Of a stretch of 64,000 nt of DNA, positions 12,683-23,596 are shown in pieces. The notes under the pieces are model-generated. The model was not told the DNA's origin and ran no database searches. It was given only the letters and a program-made list of their open reading frames with translations. A program made the position numbers and the translations under genes. Position 1 is the first letter of the stretch. Every line of letters starts with the position of its first letter. The stretch is from Bilabrum cf. latius (lineage: Eukaryota): positions 248,001 through 312,000 of the forward strand of contig OZ237758.1 in NCBI GenBank assembly GCA_965178125.1. The letters are read 5' to 3'.

Positions 12683-13921
12683 TTACCCACAATTTTGCAG
12701 GTGCTTCTTGAGAGTGCTTGCCTCCCCAAAGCGCTTGCCGCACACCATGCACTTGTGCTTGCGCTCCCCATGATGCACCACTGACACGTGCTTCTTGAGA
12801 TTGCTTGCCTGCCCGAACGCCTTGCCGCACACCATGCACTCGTGCTTGCGCTCCCCATGATGCACCACTGACACGTGCTTCTTGAGATTGCTTGCCTGCC
12901 CAAAGCGCTTGCCGCACACCATGCACTCGTGCTTACACTCCCCATGATGCACCACTGACATGTGGGTCTTGAGATTGCTTGCCTTCCCAAACGCCTTGCC
13001 GCACACCATGCACTCGTGCTTACACTCCCCATGATGCACCACTGACATGTGGGTCTTGAGATTGCTTGCCTCCCCAAACGCCTTGCCGCACACCATGCAC
13101 TTGTGCTTGCGCTCCCCATGATGCACCACTGACACGTGCTTCTTGAGATTGCTTGCCTGCCCAAAGCGCTTGCCGCACACCATGCACTTGTGCTTACGCT
13201 CCCCATGATGCACCACTGACACGTGCTTCTTGAGATTGCCTGCCTCCCCGAACGCCTTGCCGCACACCATGCACTCGTGCTTGCGCTCCCCATGATGCAC
13301 CACTGACACGTGCTTCTTGAGATTGCCTGCCTCCCCGAACGCCTTGCCGCACACCATGCACTCGTGCTTGCGCTCCCCATGATGCACCACTGACATGTGG
13401 GTCTTGAGATTGCTTGCCTCCCCGAACGCCTTGTCGCACACACTACACTCATACCGGTTCGCCGACATACCCTCGCCAGCAGCGCCTGCCTCATCCCGTC
13501 GCCTCTTCGCCTTTCCACGCCTCTCGCTAGAGATCCTGTCTGTTCCACAGTGCTCGTGTCTGCCGCGCTTCTGGCCCGCCGAGGCAACTGCCCCGGTGCC
13601 TGTCTGAATCAACAATGGAATCACCTCTCGCAATGCTATCATGCTGGACGCTCCCGATGCAGCGGCCACAATGCCCCCAGTTCTACCTGATCGAGCTTCT
13701 ACAGTTGATTCGGACTCAAGCTGAGGCCGCGACTTCCCTCTCCCTCGAGGACCATGCCTGCCATGCAGTCCACTGTGCGACGAGGGATGGACCGCAGAAG
13801 ACGTGCTAAGGCCATACCAACCAGCCGCCTTACCTCTACTCGCGTCGCTCCCGCAAGACTCTCTATCGCTGTCACTCACGAGGTCAATGACTTCGTCCGA
13901 TGTGGCTCCACCTTGCGCCAT
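12683..13921 (-). CDS. C2H2 zinc-finger protein with 9 tandem 28-aa fingers
   Basis: Repeats of CxxCGKxFGxASNLKxHxSVVHHGERKH; the last finger ends H-x3-C. Stop is TAA at 12683-12685. Confidence 0.9.
   Translation of the reverse strand: MAQGGATSDEVIDLVSDSDRESCGSDASRGKAAGWYGLSTSSAVHPSSHSGLHGRHGPRGRGKSRPQLESESTVEARSGRTGGIVAAASGASSMIALREVIPLLIQTGTGAVASAGQKRGRHEHCGTDRISSERRGKAKRRRDEAGAAGEGMSANRYECSVCDKAFGEASNLKTHMSVVHHGERKHECMVCGKAFGEAGNLKKHVSVVHHGERKHECMVCGKAFGEAGNLKKHVSVVHHGERKHKCMVCGKRFGQASNLKKHVSVVHHGERKHKCMVCGKAFGEASNLKTHMSVVHHGECKHECMVCGKAFGKASNLKTHMSVVHHGECKHECMVCGKRFGQASNLKKHVSVVHHGERKHECMVCGKAFGQASNLKKHVSVVHHGERKHKCMVCGKRFGEASTLKKHLQNCG
12700..13455. repeat. 84-bp coding tandem repeat (zinc-finger array)
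   Basis: Near-identical 84-nt units visible at DNA level. Confidence 0.9.
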
Positions 13922-14498
13922 CGTCAAATTAAGTACTATTCACTTTTCAGAAAGAATCCAAGGATCAGACGCGGGATACAAGCAGCTGCCCACTTGGATG
14001 AAACTGCGCCGACAAAAACACAACCGATAAGCCGCGATAAACGCTGATAAAGCCAAAAACTGGCCGATTCAGCTGCTCCGAGGTATATGCAGCTACACAA
14101 GAAAAGCTCAATGAAGCCAAACGTTGGTAAAATGCGTCCTTGAGCTGCGCTGAGCTGAGCTGATCGAGAGAGAGAATAAATGCACAGCTCCACCACTGGC
14201 AGCCTGCCGCAGTGCCGCATCTAGCTGCGCAGCTGCCGCTGTCAGCCCCACCTGACCGCCAGCTCCTGCTACGGCCATTCCCTGTGCGCATTATGCTCCC
14301 ATCTGAGAGAGAGAGAACAAATTGGGTATGAGCAAGAGCCGTGGAAATTCCACGGTGGAATTCATCAATCAGGTCCATCTTCATCTTCGCAATGCGCCAG
14401 CGCAAGCAGGTTGGCCTGTGTCACCCTCCAACACAGGTAACCTTATCCACTCAGACCTCTGAGCCAGCCACATCCTACACTGGCCAGGGCGAACACCC

Positions 14499-16415
14499 TC
14501 ACCTCCCCACACCCACCCCCGACCCTGGCAGACACACGGCATGCCCCTTCGAGTCGCACGGACCCACAAGCACAGGCAGCAAGCCCCCGATCACACGCAG
14601 CAGAGCAGGGCTGGTCCCCGCCAGCTCCCCGTCCACGTTCAGCGAGTTAAGCCCATGCATCATCTCCGCAGAAGGGGGCCCCGCTTCGATACGGGGAATG
14701 CGGGCGGGGGCACCACCACCACCGCCAGCTCCACCGCCAGCTCCACCACCTGTAGTGCCAAAGGCCTCCGCCGGGAGAGGCCGGATGATGAGCTCGGGCG
14801 TGGCATAGTAAGCCGTCTCGGGGACCTCCTCATCAGCGTGCTTCCCGTTGGCCTTGGCGAGGTCCATCATGTGCACCAGCCTCAGCCTCCCAGACCCCCC
14901 GTGCATCACCACCACGTCCATCAGCCCGTCGTCCACCTTGGCATGGGGCGCGAATGCCATCTTCTCGCCCATGTGCACCGTGGTCTGCGCCTAGATCATC
15001 ACGTACCTGGCTCGCTCCACCACGGCCCAGCTCCCATCGCCCCCTTCACCCGCAGTGCCACCAGCCCCGCCTCCGCCTCGATTCGATGCATTGTCCAGCT
15101 CCGAGCCCGCGTACTTGCCAGCTGCTGCCTCCCCCTCGTTCTCCTCCCTCTCTTCCTTGTTCCCTGACGCCCTCTCCACCCACTAACCCTAGGGCATCAG
15201 CAGCTCGGCTCCATACGTCGGGTTCTCGATCAGCTGCATGTAGGCTGCGCAGTTGTACGCCGCCCCGCCGCAGCAGCACCGCAACCCGTCCGCGGACCGC
15301 ATGACCGCAGTGCCTAGCCCCCAGCCGATCATGTTGAGAGAGAAGATGATCGGCTCCGGGATGTGCCCCTGGCTCGGAATGCCTGGGTCTGCGGTGCTGC
15401 TAGCAGCACCGGCAGCACCACCGGCAGAGACAGCGGGCCTGCCACCCGGTGCCTCCCCGACTGTTCCCTCAGCGGTGGACGAGGATCCCTCCTCCTCTTC
15501 CTCCTCCTCCTTCTTCTACTCTCCACCCTGCTCTATCGATCCCTTGACGTGCTCCTCCTTCCCGTCTGCATTGCCTCCAGTAGCAGCTCCCGCTGCGCCG
15601 CCGCTGCCGCCAGCCCCGCCCGTGCCATCGACAGCCCCGCCCGTGCCCTTGGGCTGGCTGCCACTGGCACTCGCGGCGGCAACAGGGGTGGACGTGGGCG
15701 TCTCGCACCCAGTCGCGCCTCCCCCAACCACAGACCTCTCGCTTGCGTCGCATACGGCGATCGCATCGATCCTGCGGACCACCCCTGTGAGGGCCCTGCG
15801 GATGCCCTCCTCCGGGGTGTGCCAGCCGAGCGTGTGGGCCACAGTGTTGCCGGAACCGCAGGGGATGATTCCGAGGGGAGGCATGAACTGCCTGGCGTCG
15901 GCGATGAGTCGGGCCACATCCGTGGATTTCGCTCTAGCACCCGCGCCTGCGTCGGCACGACTTGTTGCTTCCTCCGTTGACTCGCGTCCAGCCGAGGCGT
16001 TGGCAGAGTCACCCTCGCCCTCGCCCTCGCTCTTGGCTGCTGCACCTGACTTCTGCTTATCAATAGACTGTTTCTGGACAAGGGCGCGCAGCATCCCGTT
16101 CACTATCTCGTGGAGAGTGCCGTCACCGCCGATTGATAGCATCGCGTCAACGTCTGGCGAACCGATCTGGATCCAGCCTTTCATGAGATCCGCAGCTATT
16201 TCGCTAGCGTGGCCCGAGTACTTGGTCTGATGAATCTTGTAGGCGACTCCAGATCTGTCAAGTTCCTTCGTCACCAGCAGCAGACGATCGAGACCCTTCC
16301 TTCCGCCGCTCATTGGATTGCACACGATCGCTACCTGCTTCGGTGGCTTCTTTGCCTCGTCGGCTCCTTCAAATACATCAAATTCATGCGGCTGAATCGA
16401 CGTGCAGCACCCCAT
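14499..16415 (-). CDS. Sphingosine/diacylglycerol kinase family protein; 4 in-frame TAGs
   Basis: Motifs 'IVCNPMSGGRKG', 'TKYSGHA', 'GGDGTLHEIVNG', 'LGIIPCGSGN', 'APHAKVDDGLMD' and 'LNVDGE'. N-terminal MGCC acylation motif. TAGs at 15516, 15189, 15183 and 14991. Ends at TGA. Confidence 0.85.
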
Positions 16416-16521
16416 GATCTAGCTCTCGAGATATAATGGGCGCGCCGCGCAGTCACCGGTGGAGAGGACCGGAAGAAGTGACTGCCGCCGACGTGCAGCT
16501 CGGCATCGTCAAAAGGTCAAC

Positions 16522-18618
16522 ATGGAGAGATCCGTGGTGTCTGGAGCAACCTCACGCGTTGATACTGCGGTATCCTTTGGAATCGCAGTCCCCACTACCT
16601 TCCGCACGGGAATGTTGGACCTGCTTTCGCTGCATTCGGTAGCCGAGCTGCAACGGCTCAGTCGGGATCTGTTCAAGGTCAAGGATCCTAACGATTCGAA
16701 AAGATCCGCTGACATTAGTGATGCTGGCTCAATTGGTGGCGTAAGTGCGAAGGAGTTTCCGTCTGCTGGCCTGCGCTCCTCACTTCTGGGAAGACGCAGG
16801 CCTGCGATGCCACCTCCGCGGCACGCTAGCTCTGCAGAGGGCGCGAGTATCTTGCTGCAAAATGGCGCTTCACGTCTTTCATAGCAACCCAAGGAAGAAG
16901 CACGGCGCACGGGCGGCTACCGTGCACAGCCAGCGGTACAGCATCACGCGTTTCCGTTCGATGGCGAGCTTCCACGAGGCTTGCATGACGATAGCCGGCC
17001 CCCTAGCGTCGCTGCGACTCCCGTGGTGCCAGACACACCCGCCGCTGACCTTTCCTGGAATATTGGGCGGGAATTGGAGCACAAAGGCGGAGGACAGCTG
17101 TCAGCACGATCGGCGGCGGGATCGGTCGTGCTGCCGTTGGCCTCGAGGCAGTCGGGGGGCGGCGCCCGCCACCGGTACGACTAGTCGCAGGGTGGAATAT
17201 CTGCCGGTGCCAGCGTGGCATCGGGTGGGACGGGTACGTTTACCGAAGGCGCCGGGACAGCGGGCGGGCAGGGGCGGGGCTCTCGCAGGGGGCAGTGGTG
17301 GATCCGCCGGCCCGCCTCCCTGCCCGCCGCGCTGTTCCCCAGCGGCACCACTGGGAGCGGGACCGCGGAGAAAAAGACCGGCCCCGAGCACGACTCCATC
17401 GTTCGCTTCATCTTTTAGCACGCGCTGCCAGATGAGGCACCGGAAGCGGCCTACTCGTTCGTGCTGCGCTACGTGTGGCAAGGCGTGCTGCAGCAGTACT
17501 GGAGAACACTGGGCACGCGTCTGCCGAGTTACAAGTCCAACATCCGCGCGCTGATTGTCTCCAAGTGGAGGGAACAAGCCCTCGAGAAGGTCTCAAGGGC
17601 AGAGGCGGCGGCCAAGCGGCCCGCCTTCCGAGACACCTTTCTGCGGGAGTCCATCGTGCCCCCCCCCGCTGCTGCTGCTGCTGCACCTGGACGTGGACCT
17701 GGACCTGGTGTGGTGGACCCCAGCTCGGGGGCAGCAGGCAGCGTCGGCGGCGGCACTCCACGGACTGCGAGGCCCGGTGCACCCGACAGTCGCAAGGCAC
17801 GCATGGCTCAGGGCACCCATGCTGGTGACTAGGCACGAGGGGCTCAGGGCGCTTCCTCCTCTCCCTCCCACACTGGCAAGCCGCCGTCGAGCCGGGCACG
17901 CGAAACAGACCATGAGGTATTCCAGGCCGTCAGGCAGGCAATGGCGGATCTCGTTGCGGCCAGGAACGCGGCGGCGGACGGGGCGGTCGGTGACCCGGGG
18001 TGGCTGCCGCCTGCGGAACCTCCGCGCGGCGCCGCTGACGTGCGGAAGCACTCTGCCTCGATGCGGGCGGGAGTGTCTGGCGCTGAGGCCCAGCTGAAGG
18101 ATGCGGAACGGAGAGTGCGTGTCGAGAAAGATTTCGACGGAATCTACGATTTCTTCGACGCCCTGTCTCAGCTGAGGCGGGTGGAGGCGTCGTGGCGGGC
18201 CTGGCTGCTGGTGGGGGCGCAGGTGGCGGGGGTGCGCGCGGATGAGGCGGAGAGGAGAGCGGATGCGATGGCTGCAGGCATCCGGTAGGGGGGACACGGG
18301 GGCCAAATTGGGGACGGTCGTGCCTTGGGCAGAGTGGGGGGGCAGGATCAGGGGGGTCCACAGGGTGACGGAGCCAGCAGCAGCAGGCATTAGTCCGAGG
18401 CCATGGGCGGAGTCAGTGCAGAGATGAGCGTGATGCCCTCCAGCTTTCTGGAGGCGGAGCTGGAGGAGTTGCATGCAAGGAGGCAGCAGACAAGGCTGCA
18501 GGAGGGCGCCGGCCCGGGGGGCGAAGGGGGTTCCTCGGTTGACAGCGGCGGGCTCGCAGGGGAGGCCCCTGCAGACTAGAGCCCCTCGGCTGAAGCACAC
18601 CCAGCAACAGGCACTTAA
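16522..18618 (+). CDS. Hypothetical protein; 7 in-frame TAGs; first non-TAG stop is TAA (18616-18618)
   Basis: ORFs starting at 16459, 16981, 17215, 17461 and 17941 are all in one frame. TAGs at 16882, 17182, 17416, 17830, 18286, 18391 and 18577. No recognised domain. Confidence 0.6.
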
Positions 18619-18843
18619 GGCGCAGACCATGGGTAACAAGGGCATAATGATACAAACCAGAAGAAAGAAGAAGCTTGGGGCTCAGGGCAAGACAGCGGGG
18701 ATGGAGCAGCTGAACCACGCAAGGCACCTGCCTGATTGGTGGCACTGTGTGATGCGAGCCAGGTCGGAGCGAGCATGGCAACTCACAAGGCGCGGGGCCT
18801 AGAACAAACATGGGATCAAAGTAATTAGAACAGTGTTCTGAGT

Positions 18844-21488
18844 ATGTACTAGCGCGTGGCAACGACCCGACGATTGTGCACAGCCGCCAAAGAATGGGTC
18901 CAAGCTGGACGTGTTGCTGTTGCATGTGGCGATAGTATTCGTGCTGATAGATGGCTTCGAAGCGAAGTTTTGTGGAAGAATGACAATATTCCGTCAGTTA
19001 CACAGCTGAATCGGCTGGCTAGGCGCAAGGGACTTCGCGTTCAGCTGGAAAGACCACAATTCATCAAGTGCAACTACCGGCTCAAGCCAGGAGAAGCGGT
19101 GCAAATGCGGAAGGATTTGCTGGCTGAGATTGGCTCGCTCCCAGCACCGCATTATAATGCCAAGACTTCGACGCAGGCCCCTTCTGCGGCTGGTGCATTG
19201 CCGGTCGCGTACGAAGACAACAGCTGCGCCATTCTGGTCAAGCCTCCTGGTTTCGATTGCCAAGAAGATATTGGAGGAGTACTTCTCCCTGCGGGTGGAT
19301 CAGACAGTCAAGAGCGTCCGCGACCTGGGCACCGTTTGGACAGGCCTGTCGGTGGCTTGCTCGCTGTCGGCAAGACGCGCCGGGCCACTGCCGGCTTCCA
19401 GGGAGTCTCTGCTGCTCGGTCTCACGACGCTTCTTCTTTGCGATCGAGGGAAAGTTCGTCGATATGGAGCAAAGTCTACTTGGTTGACTTGGACTTGATG
19501 TGCGACGGTTCTGCCGCCTTGCAGCCGGATCCGTGGGCAAGCATGGTGCAGATGCTTCGCGCAACAGCGCCATCGTCATCAGACAGTGCCAGCAGCAGTC
19601 AAATGAGCGGCCTTCCGACGGAGCAGCAGATCCGTGCTCTGCAGCAAACTGCCAGCGCTGCGCTTCTCGAGCTCTCTCGCCGCCGTCACGTGCTGCTCGC
19701 CCTGGCGGGTCGAACGGAGCAAGTGCTCGCGGGCGAGCACCAGCGAGCCGGTGGCCGCGCCCTGGCCGAGCTCGGCACGATCGACCTTCCTATCCCCAGA
19801 GACCCTCGTCGCATGGTGAACAGCCTCAGCTCCAGTCCCAGTCTAGGCCAGGCAGGCAGAGGCGGAGGACCAATCAATCACTCAGCTGCACAGAGAGCGA
19901 GCACCGCCGCCTCCATCCAGGCAGCCCTCCTGAAGCAGGCCTCAAGCCGTGTCTCGAAACCGAAAATCGGGATTAGTTCTGGGATTAGTTGAGTGGGGAT
20001 TCGATTCGAGACAAATTTCCGACGGATTAACTTGAACTGAGCCTGACATGGTTACATGAGCTGCTAAGGTAGTTTCAAGGCCATGAGTATTATCTTTGAT
20101 GCTTACATTTAGTTTGAAGAGTAGTCTGGGTAAAGTTTGATGATGTTTTGATAGTGCCTGGACGCTTCGACTCGACACGTGCCACATTTAATCAAGAGAA
20201 ATTGGGTTAGGGCTTTGGACTAGTCTGGCGTAAATCCCGTCGTGATAGATAATCTCATGTGTTCCAAAACACCAGGAGGCTGTGTGGTACCATTCTCACG
20301 GGCACCATTGAGCTGCTACGCCCTTCCAGGATTCCGTTCGAACCTCCCTCACGTGTCTGCTTGGGCACCTGCTTCTTTGTGCAAATTGATCGAACTCTAC
20401 GACTATGTCAACGTAAAGTTGATTGTTCAAATTAATTAACGCAAGCAAAAGCACTAGCAAAAAGGCCTTCTTGCCGCGTGGTATGCTGGTTGAAGTTAAT
20501 CCAGAAAATTTAATTCGAACCGAGCACGAAATTGGATTAAAATGTGCAATTTAATTATTAATTTAATCCGGATTCGGAGTTTCGAGACAGCACTTCAAAG
20601 GCCCCGGTCAAGCAGCAGCCTCAACTGGGTGCACCGAACGGTGGCGCAGAATGGAGCAAGGCAGTGTCCGTGTACCTCAGGGTCAGTCGCTCGGCGCTCC
20701 ATGTCCCCGAGCTGGCCTAGCGGCTGGCGATAGGCATCCGTGGCGAGATCCATGCGCTGCAGCTCGCGGAGGGCGAGTCGAATGCATCGGGTGGAACGAG
20801 TCAGTCAGCGGGTGACCGCTCGGCAGATGACCTAGTCGACCAAGTAGAGCGACCTGAGGACGTCGTGAGGCTGCTGCACGCGGTGGTCGATGCAAACAGA
20901 GCCGGGCTCACCGAGGCCATGCAGCCTGGGTGGAAGCGCCAGGCCGCGCTCGATCTCGCCCAGGCGCTGGAAACACTCGCCAGGGAGCGTGCATGCAGTG
21001 GGGACGCATCTCGAGCGGAGAACAAGAGGAAGGCTGACGTCGATGGCCTGGAGGATGACGTGGTGCTGTTCTGGCTAGGCACGGGCAGGCGACATCAGAT
21101 CCGGCTGCATTCCATCGGTGCGTTCGGCAGGCCCGTGCGCGGAGACGTGCTGTATGGGGGCACACGGATGGGGTCAAGCAGATCTAGCCGTAGTGGGCGG
21201 CGGGGCGGGGGCAGAGCCGGCCGTGGAAGCGGCATGGGCCCGGGCGTGGACATCGGCATCGGCCTGCACTGCGCCTGGATGCAGCTAGATACAGCGTCTC
21301 TGCAGGGGGGGGGCAGCGGAGTAGACGGCGAGGGCAAGGGGTCCAATGTGCCTCGGGCTAGGCCTGGTTTGCAGCCGGGCGTGGCAGGCAGGTCGGATCA
21401 GGAGGGTGCACTGCACGGTAGCAGGAGGCTGGATCCGGATGGCAGACCCGGTTGGATCTAGGCGTGGAGCTTGCCTGCTTGGGTGTAA
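18844..21488 (+). CDS. RluA-family pseudouridine synthase, probably organelle-targeted; interrupted by an insertion or intron ~19939-20600; 3 TAGs
   Basis: Motifs 'LVKPPG', 'GHRLDRPVGGLL', 'KVYL', 'LGTGRRHQIRLH...PVRGDVLYG' and 'LHCAWMQL'. Arg-rich N-terminus MY*RVATTRRLC. TAGs at 18850, 20718 and 21459. Ends ...SLPAWV-TAA. Confidence 0.75.
19942..20598. mobile_element. AT-rich MITE-like insertion with imperfect TIRs and AGGCC flanking duplication (candidate introner)
   Basis: TGTCTCGAAAC (19950-19960) and GTTTCGAGACA (20579-20589), with further imperfect complementarity inward. AGGCC at 19937-19941 and 20599-20603. Sharp GC drop inside a CDS. Confidence 0.7.
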
Positions 21489-21672
21489 GTGAGATCGAGT
21501 GGCGGTGGATCGAGGCGTGGAGCTTGCCTGCTTGGGTGTAAGTGAGATCGAGTGGCGGTGGATCGAGGCGTGGAGCTTGCCTGCTTGGGTGTAAGTGAGA
21601 TCGAGTGGCGGTGGATCGAGGCGTGGAGCTTGCCTGCTTGGGTGTAAGTGAGATCGAGTGGCGGTGGATCGA
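21454..21672. repeat. 53-bp tandem repeat, 4 copies plus a partial, overlapping the RluA stop codon
   Basis: Unit GGATC(T/G)AGGCGTGGAGCTTGCCTGCTTGGGTGTAAGTGAGATCGAGTGGCGGT at 21454, 21507, 21560 and 21613. Confidence 0.95.
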
Positions 21673-21916
21673 CCGCCCGATGCACGCGCTGCGGAACGCC
21701 ATAATCCGGCTAGACTAGTATATCTGCCGTCAGACTGATAAATCTGTTCATTCATCTCTGGCCGGGAGCTTGCTCAAGCAAGCGTCCGAGCTCTCGTCAC
21801 ACGATCGTGCTACTGGCTGCATCCGATCACAGTCCCTCCACCAACAGTCAAAAAGTAGAGGCTCTGTGCACTGCCACTAGCTGCATCCGATCAAGCTCCC
21901 TCTCAATCCGCGCATC

Positions 21917-23163
21917 TCAGGCAAACGGATTGGGCGCGTCCGCTGGCAGGTCAGCCAGGGTCCCGTTCACGTCCCTGTGGATGGCCTCATCGGCACGAAT
22001 GGCCATGAGCACGTCGCGGAACATGGCGTCTTCGGGCAGCTGCCAGTACTTGCGGGAGAGCGGTGAGGCGGGCATCTGCCTCCACTCGTCAAGGCCCCCG
22101 TTGGGATCATCCACCTGCTGCACCGCCTTGGTGTAGGTCTTGACCGCCTCCTCCTCCAGGTACTGCACGAACCGGTGGCAGGTGGAGGGGCTGACTAGGT
22201 AGGCCAGGAAGTACGCGTTGAAGAACACCCCCTGGGCCAGAAGCACCATGGCCCGGAAGGCGATGCCCGGCTGCTTGAGCTCCAAGAATGTGAGAAGGTG
22301 CGCCCGCTCGTTCTCGGCCTCGGCCAGCAGCTCGTGCAGCCAGCCCTGGTCCCGCTTCATGGACCGGAGCGAGTTGAAATGCCGGCACATCGCGCCGACC
22401 ATGCCGGGGACCCCTGCGCGCGCAAATACAGCAGCATGCTGGAAACTACTAGTAACGTTGCGGTGCACACATTATCGTGCCTCGTAGTGGGCCGCAGGGT
22501 GCTCATACTGCGGCGCGACGGTCAGATGTTGTCTCACCCGCGACAGTCTCCAGAAAGATCATCCTGGTCAGCCACTTCGACTCTGTCATGTTTGTCCCAT
22601 AGCTGCGATGTCGTAAATGCACGGGTTCCTTGAGGCATAGCGGTACAGTGATTGCAACTGCCAGAGCCACAAAGACAGAAAAATGTGAATTAGCCTGTGC
22701 CTCACTTAGTCGCAAGATCAAAGCTTCCTCGTGCAAATTGAACAGCACCATACGCAATTCTGCCGCTCATCTGCGTGCATGCAAGTGAGGCAACAGCGCG
22801 CAAGCCGCTTGAACTCGCTATGATCGGGAGATGAACTGATAAAGGGAGCGATCAGCTGCTCACGGATTTTGGCGGATCATGGACCACTTCAACGGCTTCT
22901 ACCTCCTCTTTTGTGTAAACAGGATGAGGAAACCATTTCAGCTTGTCATCGCTGAAGTGATGCGGCTGTATCTTCCGCGTTGCGGCCGGATGGGAAGGAT
23001 CAGCCTGCTCAGCACCTTCGGTTTTGGGGTTCCCGCGAATGGATCGAATCTTCTGCGGATCCGCGTCGGACAGCGAAGAACTCGCCGCCGCTGACAAAAA
23101 TCTGCATGTAATGGCTCTTCCCCCAAGTCTGGCGCACAACCTAGTCGATGCTCTCCGCAGCAT
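21917..23163 (-). CDS. AOX: Mitochondrial alternative oxidase, 4 exons (23163-22864, 22770-22706, 22602-22538, 22413-21917)
   Basis: Motifs 'RMIFLETVAGVPGMV', 'EAENERAHL', 'YLEEEAVKTYT' and 'IRADEAIHRDVN'. Three GTGAG...CAG introns splice in phase. Presequence present; ends at TGA. Confidence 0.95.
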
Positions 23164-23173
23164 TGTTCTCGAA

Positions 23174-23324
23174 ATGTGCCATTGGTATACTACTAGTTCC
23201 GGGATAAGAGCTCCAAGACCAGTGATAGCGTGCCAATACTGGTATACGATCCGCGCACCACGAACGCGAAGAAGCGAGCATCACGAGTGGAATCCGAGAA
23301 GAAAGGAGAACAGAGAAAAATTTC
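23174..23324. repeat. Repeat B, copy 1 (151 bp, immediately upstream of the AOX ATG)
   Basis: Appears identical to 29098-29248. Confidence 0.9.
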
Positions 23325-23596
23325 GAGGCTTACCGGAATCAATGGGGAGTTACTGTTAAGCCAGCTTGTCAGGATGCCAGCTAAGCCTCAGGACAAACAA
23401 GTCAGAGGCCGGCGACAAACTGCAAGCAGACCTTAAAGTGACACACGCGACAGCTAGCCTGCAAAACAGTAATAGTGGTACCGTATCCGAGGGACTTAAA
23501 AATTGCAATTATGATACTGTTGAAATAGCGCCCACGGCGTGGTCTCCCTCCGTTAAGAATTCTCTCCTTGGGCGCGGACCTCGCGATCGGCAATAA

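Noticed and set aside
23330-23339. TTACCGGAAT shared with the 25-bp TIR, and GTGGGTGTCCC shared between repeat A and the tRNA satellite
   Set aside because: Matches of only 10-13 bp with no partner end; too short to support a relationship.
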